Shown in pieces: positions 1 to 8,765 of a stretch of DNA of 32,000 nt (within the stretch, counting starts at the first letter, position 1; the number at the start of each line of letters is the position of its first letter). Origin of the DNA: Candidatus Saccharimonadota bacterium (GTDB taxonomy: Bacteria > Patescibacteriota > Patescibacteriia > 2-12-FULL-60-25); NCBI GenBank assembly GCA_023898425.1, contig CP060222.1, positions 570,001 to 602,000 on the forward strand, written 5' to 3'. The notes below the pieces were generated by a model. The model ran no database searches. It worked only from the letters and a program-made list of their open reading frames with translations, and was not told the DNA's origin. The position numbers were made by a program, and so were the translations under genes.

Positions 1-1240
1 TGCCGTGGATTTTGCTTCGTCATTAGATATCCCTCAGTTTACGAGCGAGCTGAATGCAGGTGACGCCTATCGTACCTGGACAGACTTTGCCACCGGAGAA
101 ACGCCAGGTCTTGTGACAACGCGTGTTGGTGCTTGGATTGGACAATTTGCCGATCATGTCTTTCTTGATATCCCTGAGCAAGACGACCATAAGCAAGATG
201 AGCTCGCTCCTCGTTTTGATGCTCGTAAAATCGCATTACGTTTAGCTGAGCTTAAACGTGTCTCTGTAAGTGCGTTTGGGTTAAATCCCCCTTTGCATTC
301 TGATGAATCAGCGCCAAGTATCAATGTCCGCCATGAAATCATCATACGACAACGTGCTGGCTATTCTCGTATCCCGATGATTCAAGAAATCGCTTACCAA
401 AAGCTTTTAGACGAAGATCGTGCAACGGCTGTTGTTTTTCATCCAATAAAATTTGAGCTCGCAAAACTCACCTGTCGTGATTGTGGTTGGCAACCGCTCT
501 GTAAGCGCTGTGACTATGTTCTCTCGTCACATCAAGGCCAGGCTCATTGTAAGCGCTGTGGTAATAATCAACCTATATGCCAGAGCAATGTGGCAAGTGT
601 AGTAGCATTGATCTCGGTAAAAGCATGCCTGGCATCGATCGGCTTAAACGCGTCTGGAATGAAAAGCACCCAGACATCGCCATCGAGTGGCGTGGTGTAA
701 GCGCCGAAGAACTTGATCGTCCTCTCCCCAAAAGGCGATCGTCCTTCTTACGGATGGCGACCTGCTTGCGGGCGCAGAGGATATTCGTAAAAACGAAAGA
801 CTTTGCCACGCTTTTCGTCGTTTAGCTGCCTCCGTACAAGAAGCAGAAGGCTCACTCTCTATTCAAACATCTGAACAATCAGCACATCTTTGGGGCCCGT
901 GGCTCACAACAGAAGGGTATACAAAATGGCGAACACATGAACGAAAGACGCGTGAGCTCTTTCAATATCCCCATCGCAACGGGTTATAAAGGTGCTTATG
1001 GATGGTACGCAGCACGCGATCTTTGACTGGCTTCATCGTATAGAAAAAATCTTTGGTGACACTATTAGCACACGTGGACCATTTGAGGTTCCATTTCGTA
1101 CCAAAGGCAGTAGCTTGCGTTTTTGCCTACACATTCTTCCAAAAGATAATCGTTTAAGCGAAGCCTTCTTAGACCAACTCGCGTCATTGATCACCGAAAA
1201 GATGTACATTGATCTTGACCCTATCTCCTTTTTTCGCTAA
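1..1240 (+). pseudogene. priA: PriA-like primosomal replication-restart helicase, 3' portion (5' end off-window), split over four reading-frame segments
   Basis: PriA-type sequence continues across frames. Frame 2 (5..~575) has a helicase-core remnant (APRFDARKIALRLA) and a Cys4 zinc-ribbon region (CRDCGWQPLCKRCD...HCKRCG). Frame 1 (577..~732) has PEQCGKCSS...GIDRL. Frame 3 (~738..985) has ILLTDGDLLAGAEDIRKNERL...SIQT. Frame 2 (~971..1240) has RVIKVLMDG...IDLDPISFFR, a typical PriA C-terminus. The conserved priA-def-fmt order supports the call. Confidence 0.6.
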
Positions 1241-1255
1241 TGTAAGGCAAATTAT

Positions 1256-1750
1256 ATGTTTGAAGTCGTTAAACTCCCAACCAAGACCTTACGTGAACGC
1301 TCGGTAGAAGTTGATCCAAAAGAGGTCACTACACCTGAGTTTCAGGCCTATCTTGATGAACTCATCGAAACCATGTTCGCTGAGGATGGTGTTGGTATTG
1401 CCTCACCACAAGTTGGTCGCAATATCCGCGCCATTGTTGTGAACTACGGCAAACACGGTCCAGAATGCTATATCAACCCTGTTATGACCAAGGCCTCAGA
1501 AGCAAAAGTTTCTAGCGAAGAAGGTTGTCTTAGCGTCTACAATGAAGATGGCTCCACAAAGATTTGGGGAGATGTAGAACGTCATCGCAAGATAACGGTC
1601 AAAGCTCTCAATCGCCTTGGACGCGAAGTAACCCTCGAGTTGCGAGACTTTCCTGCTATTGTGATGCAGCATGAGATAGACCATCTCGATGGCATTCTTT
1701 TTGATAAAGCAAAAGATACACATACCCACGACCATGGACACAGCCACTAA
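1256..1750 (+). CDS. def: peptide deformylase
   Basis: Three deformylase motifs are present: GVGIASPQVG, EGCLS and HEIDHL. The size is 164 aa. It has an unusual His-rich tail (THTHDHGHSH). Confidence 0.95.
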   Translation: MFEVVKLPTKTLRERSVEVDPKEVTTPEFQAYLDELIETMFAEDGVGIASPQVGRNIRAIVVNYGKHGPECYINPVMTKASEAKVSSEEGCLSVYNEDGSTKIWGDVERHRKITVKALNRLGREVTLELRDFPAIVMQHEIDHLDGILFDKAKDTHTHDHGHSH

Positions 1751-2639
1751 AATCCTTTTCTTTGGTACATCATCTATCGCTGTTCCGGCTTTACGTGCGC
1801 TCGTCAATGACGAGCGCTTTGAGGTTGTTGGCGTTGTCACTCAACCTGACCGCCCTATTGGGCGTAAAGGCGAGATGCAGTCGCCGCCCGTTAAACTGGC
1901 GGCCGAAGCATTGCATGTGCCTGTTTTTCAATTTGAGAGCGTAAAATCAGAAGAGGCTTATCTTTCTCTTTCGGTCACAGGCTTTCAAGCTGCTGTTGTT
2001 GTGAGTTTTGGTCAAATTATCCCACAAACGGTATTAGATTTGGCACCAAATAAGTTTATCAATATCCATGCTTCGATTTTGCCAAAGTATCGTGGCTCAT
2101 GTCCGATTAATATGGCGATAGCGAATGGTGATACAGAAACAGGTGTTTCATTGATGGTTTTGGATGCAAAGATGGACCATGGACCAATCATCAGTATCGA
2201 AACAACACCTATCACCAAAAATGATGATGCAATTAGCCTTGGCGAACGTGTAGCTGAAATAGGCGCCAACTTACTTATTCGTGATCTTCAAGATTATCTC
2301 AAGGGTGTTATTCCTGCCAAAGAGCAAGATCATGAGCAAGCAACCGTTGTTTCGATGTTAAAGCGTGAAGACGGCTATCTCGACCCAAAAACCATGACAG
2401 CCGAAGAGATGGAGCGTCGTATACGTGCCTTTAGACCATGGCCAGGCACATCCATTGCTCTTGCTGACGGTAAACGTCTTAAGATTCTCGAAGCCGAGCT
2501 ACGCGAATTCAAAGATGATTCTCTCCCGTGTCTAATAGGTAAAGATCAAAAGATTCTTGCTCTTAAAACCGTGCAACCCGAAGGAAAAAACGCGATGAAT
2601 GGTGAAGATTTTTTAAGAGGGTATAAAGGTGAATTATAG
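1734..2639 (+). CDS. fmt: methionyl-tRNA formyltransferase
   Basis: N-terminus KILFFGTSSIAVPAL, formyltransferase core INIHASILPKYRG and a C-terminal Fmt domain. I chose the ATG at 1734 (MDTATKILFFG) over the ORF-track start at 1689, which lies deep inside def. It overlaps the def stop by 17 nt. Confidence 0.92.
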   Translation: MDTATKILFFGTSSIAVPALRALVNDERFEVVGVVTQPDRPIGRKGEMQSPPVKLAAEALHVPVFQFESVKSEEAYLSLSVTGFQAAVVVSFGQIIPQTVLDLAPNKFINIHASILPKYRGSCPINMAIANGDTETGVSLMVLDAKMDHGPIISIETTPITKNDDAISLGERVAEIGANLLIRDLQDYLKGVIPAKEQDHEQATVVSMLKREDGYLDPKTMTAEEMERRIRAFRPWPGTSIALADGKRLKILEAELREFKDDSLPCLIGKDQKILALKTVQPEGKNAMNGEDFLRGYKGEL

Positions 2640-2645
2640 TTTACC

Positions 2646-4127
2646 TCATCCATTTCTTACAGAAAGCCAAGTTATTGCTTCTTCATGTGTTGAGATCTCC
2701 CCACGATCGCGTGCCTCTTCAACAAGAGCCAATGTCTTTCCCATTTCTGGCCCTGGAGGTATGCCGAGCGACTTCAGATCTGCTCCATTGATTAACTGGT
2801 TCTTTTTAGGGTCAAGCCAACCAGGATTTTGTGAAAGCTGCTCTCGCAATAAGAGCGCTGGACGATCATCTCCAGACCCAGATAGCGCAAGTAGCGTTTC
2901 TAGAGAGGCTGGGTAGATTCGCTTAATAACTTTACGAACTTCATTTGCTAACTGCTTCTCTGATAGCTCATTTGCTTCAAGCGCCTTCCAAATTCTTAGC
3001 GGTTCAGACCGCTCGCTCAAAAGAGCATTAATTGGATTCACGACATCTTTTTTAGAAAAACTTGTTTTCTTTAAAAAATTCTGTACTGCTTCATTTTCTT
3101 TTCTATCTATCATCGAACAGATAGCCCCTAACATTGCCTGCAGCTGCTCATTTTCTGTAAAGACATGTTCATCATTATGTATCGTTTCAGCGACATGATC
3201 TACACGTTGCGCTAGCGAGTCCCAAGAATCCGTAAGATTAAGTTCAGGGTAATAACGCTCAATAATACCAAGCTCTTTACTCAAGCGAAGCCCTATTGAA
3301 GGGCGCTCTGATTTTAAAAGAAGCTTTCTCCACTCCTCCGTAATTCGTTCATTGGATAACTCATCTAAATCACCCCTGTCTACCATTTCTTGCATGAGAG
3401 CAAATGACTTCTCTTCTGCTCGTAGATCCATACGTGCAGCAAATTGTATCGCTCGATAGACACGAAGTGGATCATCTTGAAAACGTTCTTCGTCAGTGAC
3501 GCGTAATGTTTTGGATATTAAGTCCTCTATCCCTCCAAAATAATCTTCATATTTTCCGGTAAGTGGGTCAACAGCTAACGCATTAAACGTAAAATCACGT
3601 CGTCGAGCCGCCTCTTTGATGCTCATGGCTGGGTCTCCATGGATCTCAAAACCCTTATGACCGGCACCCACCTTAGATTCACGACGTGGGATTGATATGT
3701 CGAGATCCAGGCCATCCCCGAGGGCTACTTTAAAAATACCAAATGCTCGTCCAACCTTATTTACTTTATTGCCATAGAGTTGATCTAAAAATTCTTCAAG
3801 ACGTGCTGCCGGGACACCATAAACTTCGACGTCTGCATCCTTAGGGTGCTTTCCAATTAATGAATCTCTGGCGAATCCTCCGACGATGAGTAATGCCGGA
3901 TCATTGTCAGGATATTTCGGATCAGGCGGGCAAGATTTGACCTTGGTTGCAAGCGCGCTGACAGCGTCTAAAATACGTTTGTCTTGAGAAAACAACCTTT
4001 CGCGATGAACAGCCGGATCTGTCAGGTCCTCCATATCTTGAGGAAGATCCTGTTTTTCGGGCAAGCGTTCGGAGGCGCTAAAAGGGTTAACCGTTTCAAA
4101 AGATTGTTCCATAGGTCTCAAAAACAT
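2646..4127 (-). CDS. cca: CCA-adding enzyme / poly(A) polymerase-family tRNA nucleotidyltransferase
   Basis: Pol-beta nucleotidyltransferase motif GGFARDSLIG..KDADVEV and the RRDFTFNAL motif of class II CCA/poly(A) polymerase enzymes. No HD domain is seen. The start could instead be M6 at 4112. Confidence 0.85.
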   Translation of the reverse strand: MFLRPMEQSFETVNPFSASERLPEKQDLPQDMEDLTDPAVHRERLFSQDKRILDAVSALATKVKSCPPDPKYPDNDPALLIVGGFARDSLIGKHPKDADVEVYGVPAARLEEFLDQLYGNKVNKVGRAFGIFKVALGDGLDLDISIPRRESKVGAGHKGFEIHGDPAMSIKEAARRRDFTFNALAVDPLTGKYEDYFGGIEDLISKTLRVTDEERFQDDPLRVYRAIQFAARMDLRAEEKSFALMQEMVDRGDLDELSNERITEEWRKLLLKSERPSIGLRLSKELGIIERYYPELNLTDSWDSLAQRVDHVAETIHNDEHVFTENEQLQAMLGAICSMIDRKENEAVQNFLKKTSFSKKDVVNPINALLSERSEPLRIWKALEANELSEKQLANEVRKVIKRIYPASLETLLALSGSGDDRPALLLREQLSQNPGWLDPKKNQLINGADLKSLGIPPGPEMGKTLALVEEARDRGEISTHEEAITWLSVRNG

Positions 4128-4149
4128 TTTTTTTATTGCATCGCGAAGG

Positions 4150-4935
4150 TTAACGGTTGATCGAGATCGCCTCTACACGACTTGTCTCTCCTTGATAGAC
4201 AGATTCGCTTTTTACCATACCCACTCCTTTTACAAGCCAAAGATAGTTTGTTGTGGTGATAGGTGGCATTTGTGATGCAAATTGTTGCATTATAGCATTT
4301 GCTCCAAAATCAATAGTCACTGTCGTTTTTTGTTCTATTTTGATAGCGGTAAAGGTTCCTGCTGGCACCGTCACTGATTCTTCTGCAAGAGCTTTTTGTT
4401 GCATAGCGATGGATTGCTTCATATTTACTGGCTGATTACCCATTGCCGGAGTCGTGAATTTGCCCTCTACAGCATAGGTCGTATCCCACTCAGAACCTAC
4501 GCGAAGATCCTTCGGGAGAAAGACACCTTCTTGAGAAAGTGTTTCAAAAGAAGCGTCTGTTCCGGAGAGAGCCGCCGAAAGGTCAAGATAGCCCTCTGCG
4601 ACAATTGATTCTCCCGAGCAACGATAGCTCGCCTGCAACGTGATATCTGGATGTTCTGAAAAGGTTATTTCCATGTGGATCGTTTCATCATCAACCTTGG
4701 TGATGCGTTGCGTAAATGCTCCCGAATCAGGAGTATTTGATTGATAGGTGATGCTTTGATCCTGCTTTGAAGGAAAGTAAACATTCGCACAAGCAGCACT
4801 CGATGGAGCGCTCGGATTTGGCTCACCAACTGCTATCGAAGGACCAGGACCTTCAGCCGAGGGTCGCGAAGGTGATGTGCTGCAGCCTGCGCCTAATAAC
4901 GCGACGCTAAGCGAGAGAACGAGGAGTTTTTTCAT
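4150..4935 (-). CDS. lipoprotein of unknown function
   Basis: Signal peptide MKKLLVLSLSVALLGAGCS with lipobox L-G-A-G-C, followed by a Pro/Ser-rich linker. No recognisable catalytic motif. Confidence 0.75.
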   Translation of the reverse strand: MKKLLVLSLSVALLGAGCSTSPSRPSAEGPGPSIAVGEPNPSAPSSAACANVYFPSKQDQSITYQSNTPDSGAFTQRITKVDDETIHMEITFSEHPDITLQASYRCSGESIVAEGYLDLSAALSGTDASFETLSQEGVFLPKDLRVGSEWDTTYAVEGKFTTPAMGNQPVNMKQSIAMQQKALAEESVTVPAGTFTAIKIEQKTTVTIDFGANAIMQQFASQMPPITTTNYLWLVKGVGMVKSESVYQGETSRVEAISINR

Positions 4936-4943
4936 ATGACTCT

Positions 4944-4952
4944 AGTATACCA
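4944..4952 (-). promoter_or_regulatory. extended -10 promoter (TGgTATACT) 8 nt upstream of the lipoprotein ATG, implying a leaderless-type mRNA
   Basis: The minus strand reads ctgGTATACTagagtcatATG. No Shine-Dalgarno lies between the box and the ATG. Confidence 0.4.
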
Positions 4953-4990
4953 GACAAACGCAAAAGCCGACCGGAGGATCCGATCGGCTT
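4953..4990 (-). terminator. intrinsic terminator after the 149-aa gene
   Basis: The minus strand reads AAGCCGAtCGG-atcct-CCGgTCGGCTT followed by TTGCGTTTG. It sits 11 nt past the stop at 5001. Confidence 0.5.
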
Positions 4991-5000
4991 CACTGTAAGG

Positions 5001-5450
5001 CTAGATGACGTCAAAGAGCTTTTGAATCACTTGGTTCAACACGAAGCTTTGGCGATATTCGACTTCACCCAACTTCAAGACGATGTTGATCATTCCGGAC
5101 GAATGCCCAATGAAGAGCGACCCGTCTTGGCTGAGAATCGAACTCAAAAGACTGCGGTTCATCTCTTCTATTGTGCTTGGACCTTCACTATCCTCGTAGC
5201 AGCTACCAAGGTCAAAGGTCCAGCCGCTAATAATACTGGATACATCCGTATTCGGAAATACGAACTCATACTCACGCTCGCCATCATCCCAAAGGATGAG
5301 ACACAAACCTTTTTGTAAGTGCCACGATCTATTGATCGTAAGCTCGATATAGACCTTACCGTGTTCGCCCTCGTCCTTTCTGGCCAAGCCCTGAAGACAG
5401 AGAATATCGTCCTCGGCAAATTCTGGCACCACTTTGATAAGTTTTTTCAC
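5001..5450 (-). CDS. hypothetical protein (149 aa), monocistronic
   Basis: GTG start preceded by GGAG 5 nt upstream. It has its own promoter and terminator. No motif recognised. Confidence 0.65.
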   Translation of the reverse strand: MKKLIKVVPEFAEDDILCLQGLARKDEGEHGKVYIELTINRSWHLQKGLCLILWDDGEREYEFVFPNTDVSSIISGWTFDLGSCYEDSEGPSTIEEMNRSLLSSILSQDGSLFIGHSSGMINIVLKLGEVEYRQSFVLNQVIQKLFDVI

Positions 5451-5485
5451 ACTAGCTCCTGTTCAGTGGTAAATGTACGTTCATT

Positions 5486-5514
5486 TTATTACACTATATT
5501 ACTACTTTTGTCAA
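5486..5514 (-). promoter_or_regulatory. sigma70-like promoter TTGACA-17-TAATAA for the 149-aa gene
   Basis: The minus strand reads TTGACAaaagtagtaatatagtgTAATAA. The -35 box lies inside the 3' end of the upstream GT2-fusion gene. Confidence 0.5.
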
Positions 5515-7674
5515 CGCTCGGGCAGATACGTAGACCTCCATCATAATCACCGCCAAAATCCCTAATGGATGGTTCACATAGGGGGTAAAGGCATGGATAA
5601 CGACTAATGCCAAGATGGCGGCAATAAGCCCTCGTTTTAGATCTGACTCAATAGTAGACTTACGAATCTCATTTGCGACAAATAATAACCAGGACAAAAC
5701 AACCAAAACTCCAGCCCCTAACTTTAACCAAAGATCATGCCAACCCCACTCAAAGGCATACGTCGTATATTCTTTGCCTGTTGCTGCTACTCGTGGGTCA
5801 GCGCTTTTATAGGTCACAGTTTTACCAAAACCTGAGCCTAAGATCGGGTTTTTCGCAATTTCCTTCGTGAGAGCGGGCAAAAGAATCCAGCGACTTTGAG
5901 CGGCAGCTTCGCCGGTGTCGAAGCGGTTCAAGAGCGCATCATCGAGGGCACCGTTCTTGCTTGGTGGAATTGGGAAAAATGCGAGGATGGCTATCAATAT
6001 TACCCCAGCGATGCCAGCAATAGTCGTCCAGCCCACATTCGCGAAAGACTCTTTCATATTCTTTAAACGGAAAGCATCGACTGCCATACTTAAGACCCAG
6101 ACGCCAACAGCAGCGCCTACGCCTAAAAAGAAGCTACGGCTCAATGAAATAACAATAATCGCGGTACCAATAGACAAAAGCCCAAGACGAAGCTTTTTGG
6201 ACAGAGTCTTGTGCGCAAACAAAGCGATAACAAAAGCGAATACCCAGTAAATCTGCGATTGGATAAAGACGCGATAAAGCGAGCCATCCGCAAAAATACG
6301 CGTAATCTCCCCTATCCCTGAGCGGCGGATAAAGAGATAGACCGGGACTTGGATAGCGCCTGTATCATGAGAGTAGATATAGAAAAGCAAGAAGCTCAGA
6401 CCCGCGTTTACCACTAGACCGACCGTGAGCGCCGCCACCATAGGTCGCACGATATCCGCCGTATTTTGACGAATAAGCTGATAGAGCGGAAATGCTAGCA
6501 ATAGAACTCCCCAGTTATTCGCATCTGCTAATACGAATGGCTGATCTAATGCAAAACCACGTAGCACGCCGTAAGCAATAGTGAGTATTAATAAAAGATA
6601 AATTGTACGCTCCTTGATCCAATCCGTATGATACTTCCAATAGACTGACCATCTTTCTCCAAAAAACCAAAGACCCAAGAAGGCAAAAAAGAAGAGCTGA
6701 CGAATGCCGAGACCACCATCATTTACGATGTCTGCTCCAATTTTGAGCATACCGCCTTTTGAACCAATAACGTATTCAGAAGCCATCAATGCAAAACCAT
6801 GGGCTGGTGATTTATAAGTAACCCTGCTAAAGATAAGAGTCACTAGAATAGCTAACACGGTATTCGCTTGAGGAACGATTCTTGCGATGATCGTGGCAAG
6901 AAAAAGCAGTCCTAGCCACGCACCAAAAAACAACCCTTCGCCCAACCAAGATTTTTTACGTGGTGCGAGATCGTGTTTTGTGCGAATAATATCATCAGCC
7001 TTGAGATACCAAGCAATAAATGTTGGCGTCCAACCAATAGCTTGCCAAGGAATGTCGTAGGAGAATGATGGGAGCCAACGACTCATACCAGCAGCTTTTC
7101 GCTCTTCAAAAACCATGAGCTCACGATCTACCCAAATACCTTTTTTTCCTTGCTGTGCTAGCTGTAGAAAATAATCCCAATCCTGAAATTTTTTGAGTGA
7201 TTCGTCAAAACGTATCGCTTCATTTTTTCGTAAAAGAACACTTGTATGAATATAGTTTTTCTCACGTAAAGCATCTGCATCAAATGGACGACCTCTGAAC
7301 GCTTTCTTCCCAAACCGAAAATTTGGATACGCAAAACTTGCCTCTGGATGATCTACGAGCGCTTTGATTAACACCTCTAATGCATCCGTAGGCAAATGAG
7401 CATCGGCATCCAAAAAGACAATGTATTCGCCATTTGCTGAATCCAAACCTGTATTACGTGCAAAAGGTGCACCACGGTTTTCTTCAAAGCGAATAAGCTT
7501 GGCGGCAAAAGCAAATCCATCCAGATCTTCTTGTTGGATTCGATCGATGGATCCGTCATCAATAACGATGACTTCGATCGCTTTTTCAGTTTGTTGATCA
7601 AGTGACGCTAAACACGCCCGCAACTCTTCGCGGTGTTCGAGAACAGGAATAACAATAGAAACTTTTGGCGACAT
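5494..7674 (-). CDS. fusion protein: family-2 glycosyltransferase (GT-A) N-terminal domain plus polytopic O-antigen ligase/polymerase-like membrane domain
   Basis: The N-terminus has VSIVIPVLEH...VIVIDDGS...VFLDADA (GT2 signature with DxD). About 450 aa of repeated hydrophobic helices follow, including SLSRSFFLG, which resembles Wzy_C/O-antigen-ligase domains. The ATG at 7674 (MSPKVSIVIP) sits 2 nt after the GT1 stop. Confidence 0.75.
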   Translation of the reverse strand: MSPKVSIVIPVLEHREELRACLASLDQQTEKAIEVIVIDDGSIDRIQQEDLDGFAFAAKLIRFEENRGAPFARNTGLDSANGEYIVFLDADAHLPTDALEVLIKALVDHPEASFAYPNFRFGKKAFRGRPFDADALREKNYIHTSVLLRKNEAIRFDESLKKFQDWDYFLQLAQQGKKGIWVDRELMVFEERKAAGMSRWLPSFSYDIPWQAIGWTPTFIAWYLKADDIIRTKHDLAPRKKSWLGEGLFFGAWLGLLFLATIIARIVPQANTVLAILVTLIFSRVTYKSPAHGFALMASEYVIGSKGGMLKIGADIVNDGGLGIRQLFFFAFLGLWFFGERWSVYWKYHTDWIKERTIYLLLILTIAYGVLRGFALDQPFVLADANNWGVLLLAFPLYQLIRQNTADIVRPMVAALTVGLVVNAGLSFLLFYIYSHDTGAIQVPVYLFIRRSGIGEITRIFADGSLYRVFIQSQIYWVFAFVIALFAHKTLSKKLRLGLLSIGTAIIVISLSRSFFLGVGAAVGVWVLSMAVDAFRLKNMKESFANVGWTTIAGIAGVILIAILAFFPIPPSKNGALDDALLNRFDTGEAAAQSRWILLPALTKEIAKNPILGSGFGKTVTYKSADPRVAATGKEYTTYAFEWGWHDLWLKLGAGVLVVLSWLLFVANEIRKSTIESDLKRGLIAAILALVVIHAFTPYVNHPLGILAVIMMEVYVSARALTKVVI

Positions 7675-7676
7675 AC

Positions 7677-8764
7677 TTATAGTTGCGACATCCACGTACG
7701 CAAAACACGAGCACGATCCTCCCAACGAAAATCTTTGATAGCACGATTGCGCGCTGCTTCTCCTAAACGTTTTTTTAATTGCGAATCTTTTCGTAATGCT
7801 TCAATCGCATCAGCGATACGACGCGGGTGATGCGGGTCTACTAGCAAACCCGTTACTCCGTCCAATACAGCCTCTGGTACACCACCGCTATTGCCCGCGA
7901 TTGCAACGAGACCAAAAAGCGCCGCCTCTAAAAAGACGATGCCGAACCCTTCAATATCATCTTCTTCTTCGCGTACTGGTAGCGCAAAAGATCTGCCGCC
8001 GCATACCATTCTTGTTTTATTTGATCAGATACGTTGGATACAAATTGTACTCGTTCACCAAAATGCTGTGCATGACGATCGAGGCGTTCGCGATCAGAAC
8101 CATCACCTAAGACAACTAACTTAACGGATGCATCTACAAAGCTCATAGACTCAATGAGGCGGTCGATTCCTTTTCGTGGCACCAACCGAGCCACCGAAAG
8201 AACCAAGGTGTCCCCTGCTCCAATGCCAAACTTCGCTCTCGAAGAGGCTTTGTCCGGTAGCTTTTGATCTTGCTCCACAGCAGGCAGTAATACTCTGAAC
8301 GACTGTCCTTTTATAATTGAATGCAATTCTTCACCTGCACGTTGTGAGTTTACGAGAACAAGCTTTGCCTTTTTGATGATCTTTCGAAAAAGCCATTGCT
8401 TAATACGAGACTTTTTTGCCAAACGAATATCAAGACCATGTAGTAATACAATATATGGAACACCGCCAAAATAGCGTGCGATCATCGCAGCTGTACCTAA
8501 CGGCAAGACGTGACTCACCATGATACCGTCATACCCTCGTCCGCGCATGGCCCACATCTGAAAAATAGAGATCCACCATCCAAAAGGACCAGGAGCAAAT
8601 AAACGGATTTTTTCTGCAGGCGCATCAATAGAATCTGGATGCGTACGATCTACAAAAACCGTAACCGTAGAACTACCTAATGCCTTGGCAAGATTCCAAA
8701 GATATCGAGCAACGCCACCTTGCTGAGGTGGATAATCGATAGTAATAAGGGCAATTTTTTTCAT
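7677..8764 (-). pseudogene. GT1/GT4-family glycosyltransferase interrupted by a single -1 frameshift
   Basis: The N-part is ORF 7928..8764 (MKKIALITIDYPPQQGGVARY). The C-part is ORF 7677..8009 (EGFGIVFLEAALFGLVAIAGNSGGVPEAVLDGVTGLLVDP, the GT1 E-x7-E region). One extra T in the run at 7986-7989 (T4 on the coding strand) joins them as ...WYAAADLFALPVREEEDDIEGFG... Confidence 0.8.
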
Positions 8765-8765
8765 A

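Noticed and set aside
7986-7989. Considered phase variation or programmed frameshifting as the explanation for the homopolymer frame breaks (also at 730-733, 969-972 and 16229-16233).
   Set aside because: The runs are only 4-5 nt, far shorter than typical contingency tracts. There is no slippery heptamer or downstream structure. The same one-base-missing signature appears in unrelated genes, which fits sequencing or assembly error or ordinary mutation better.
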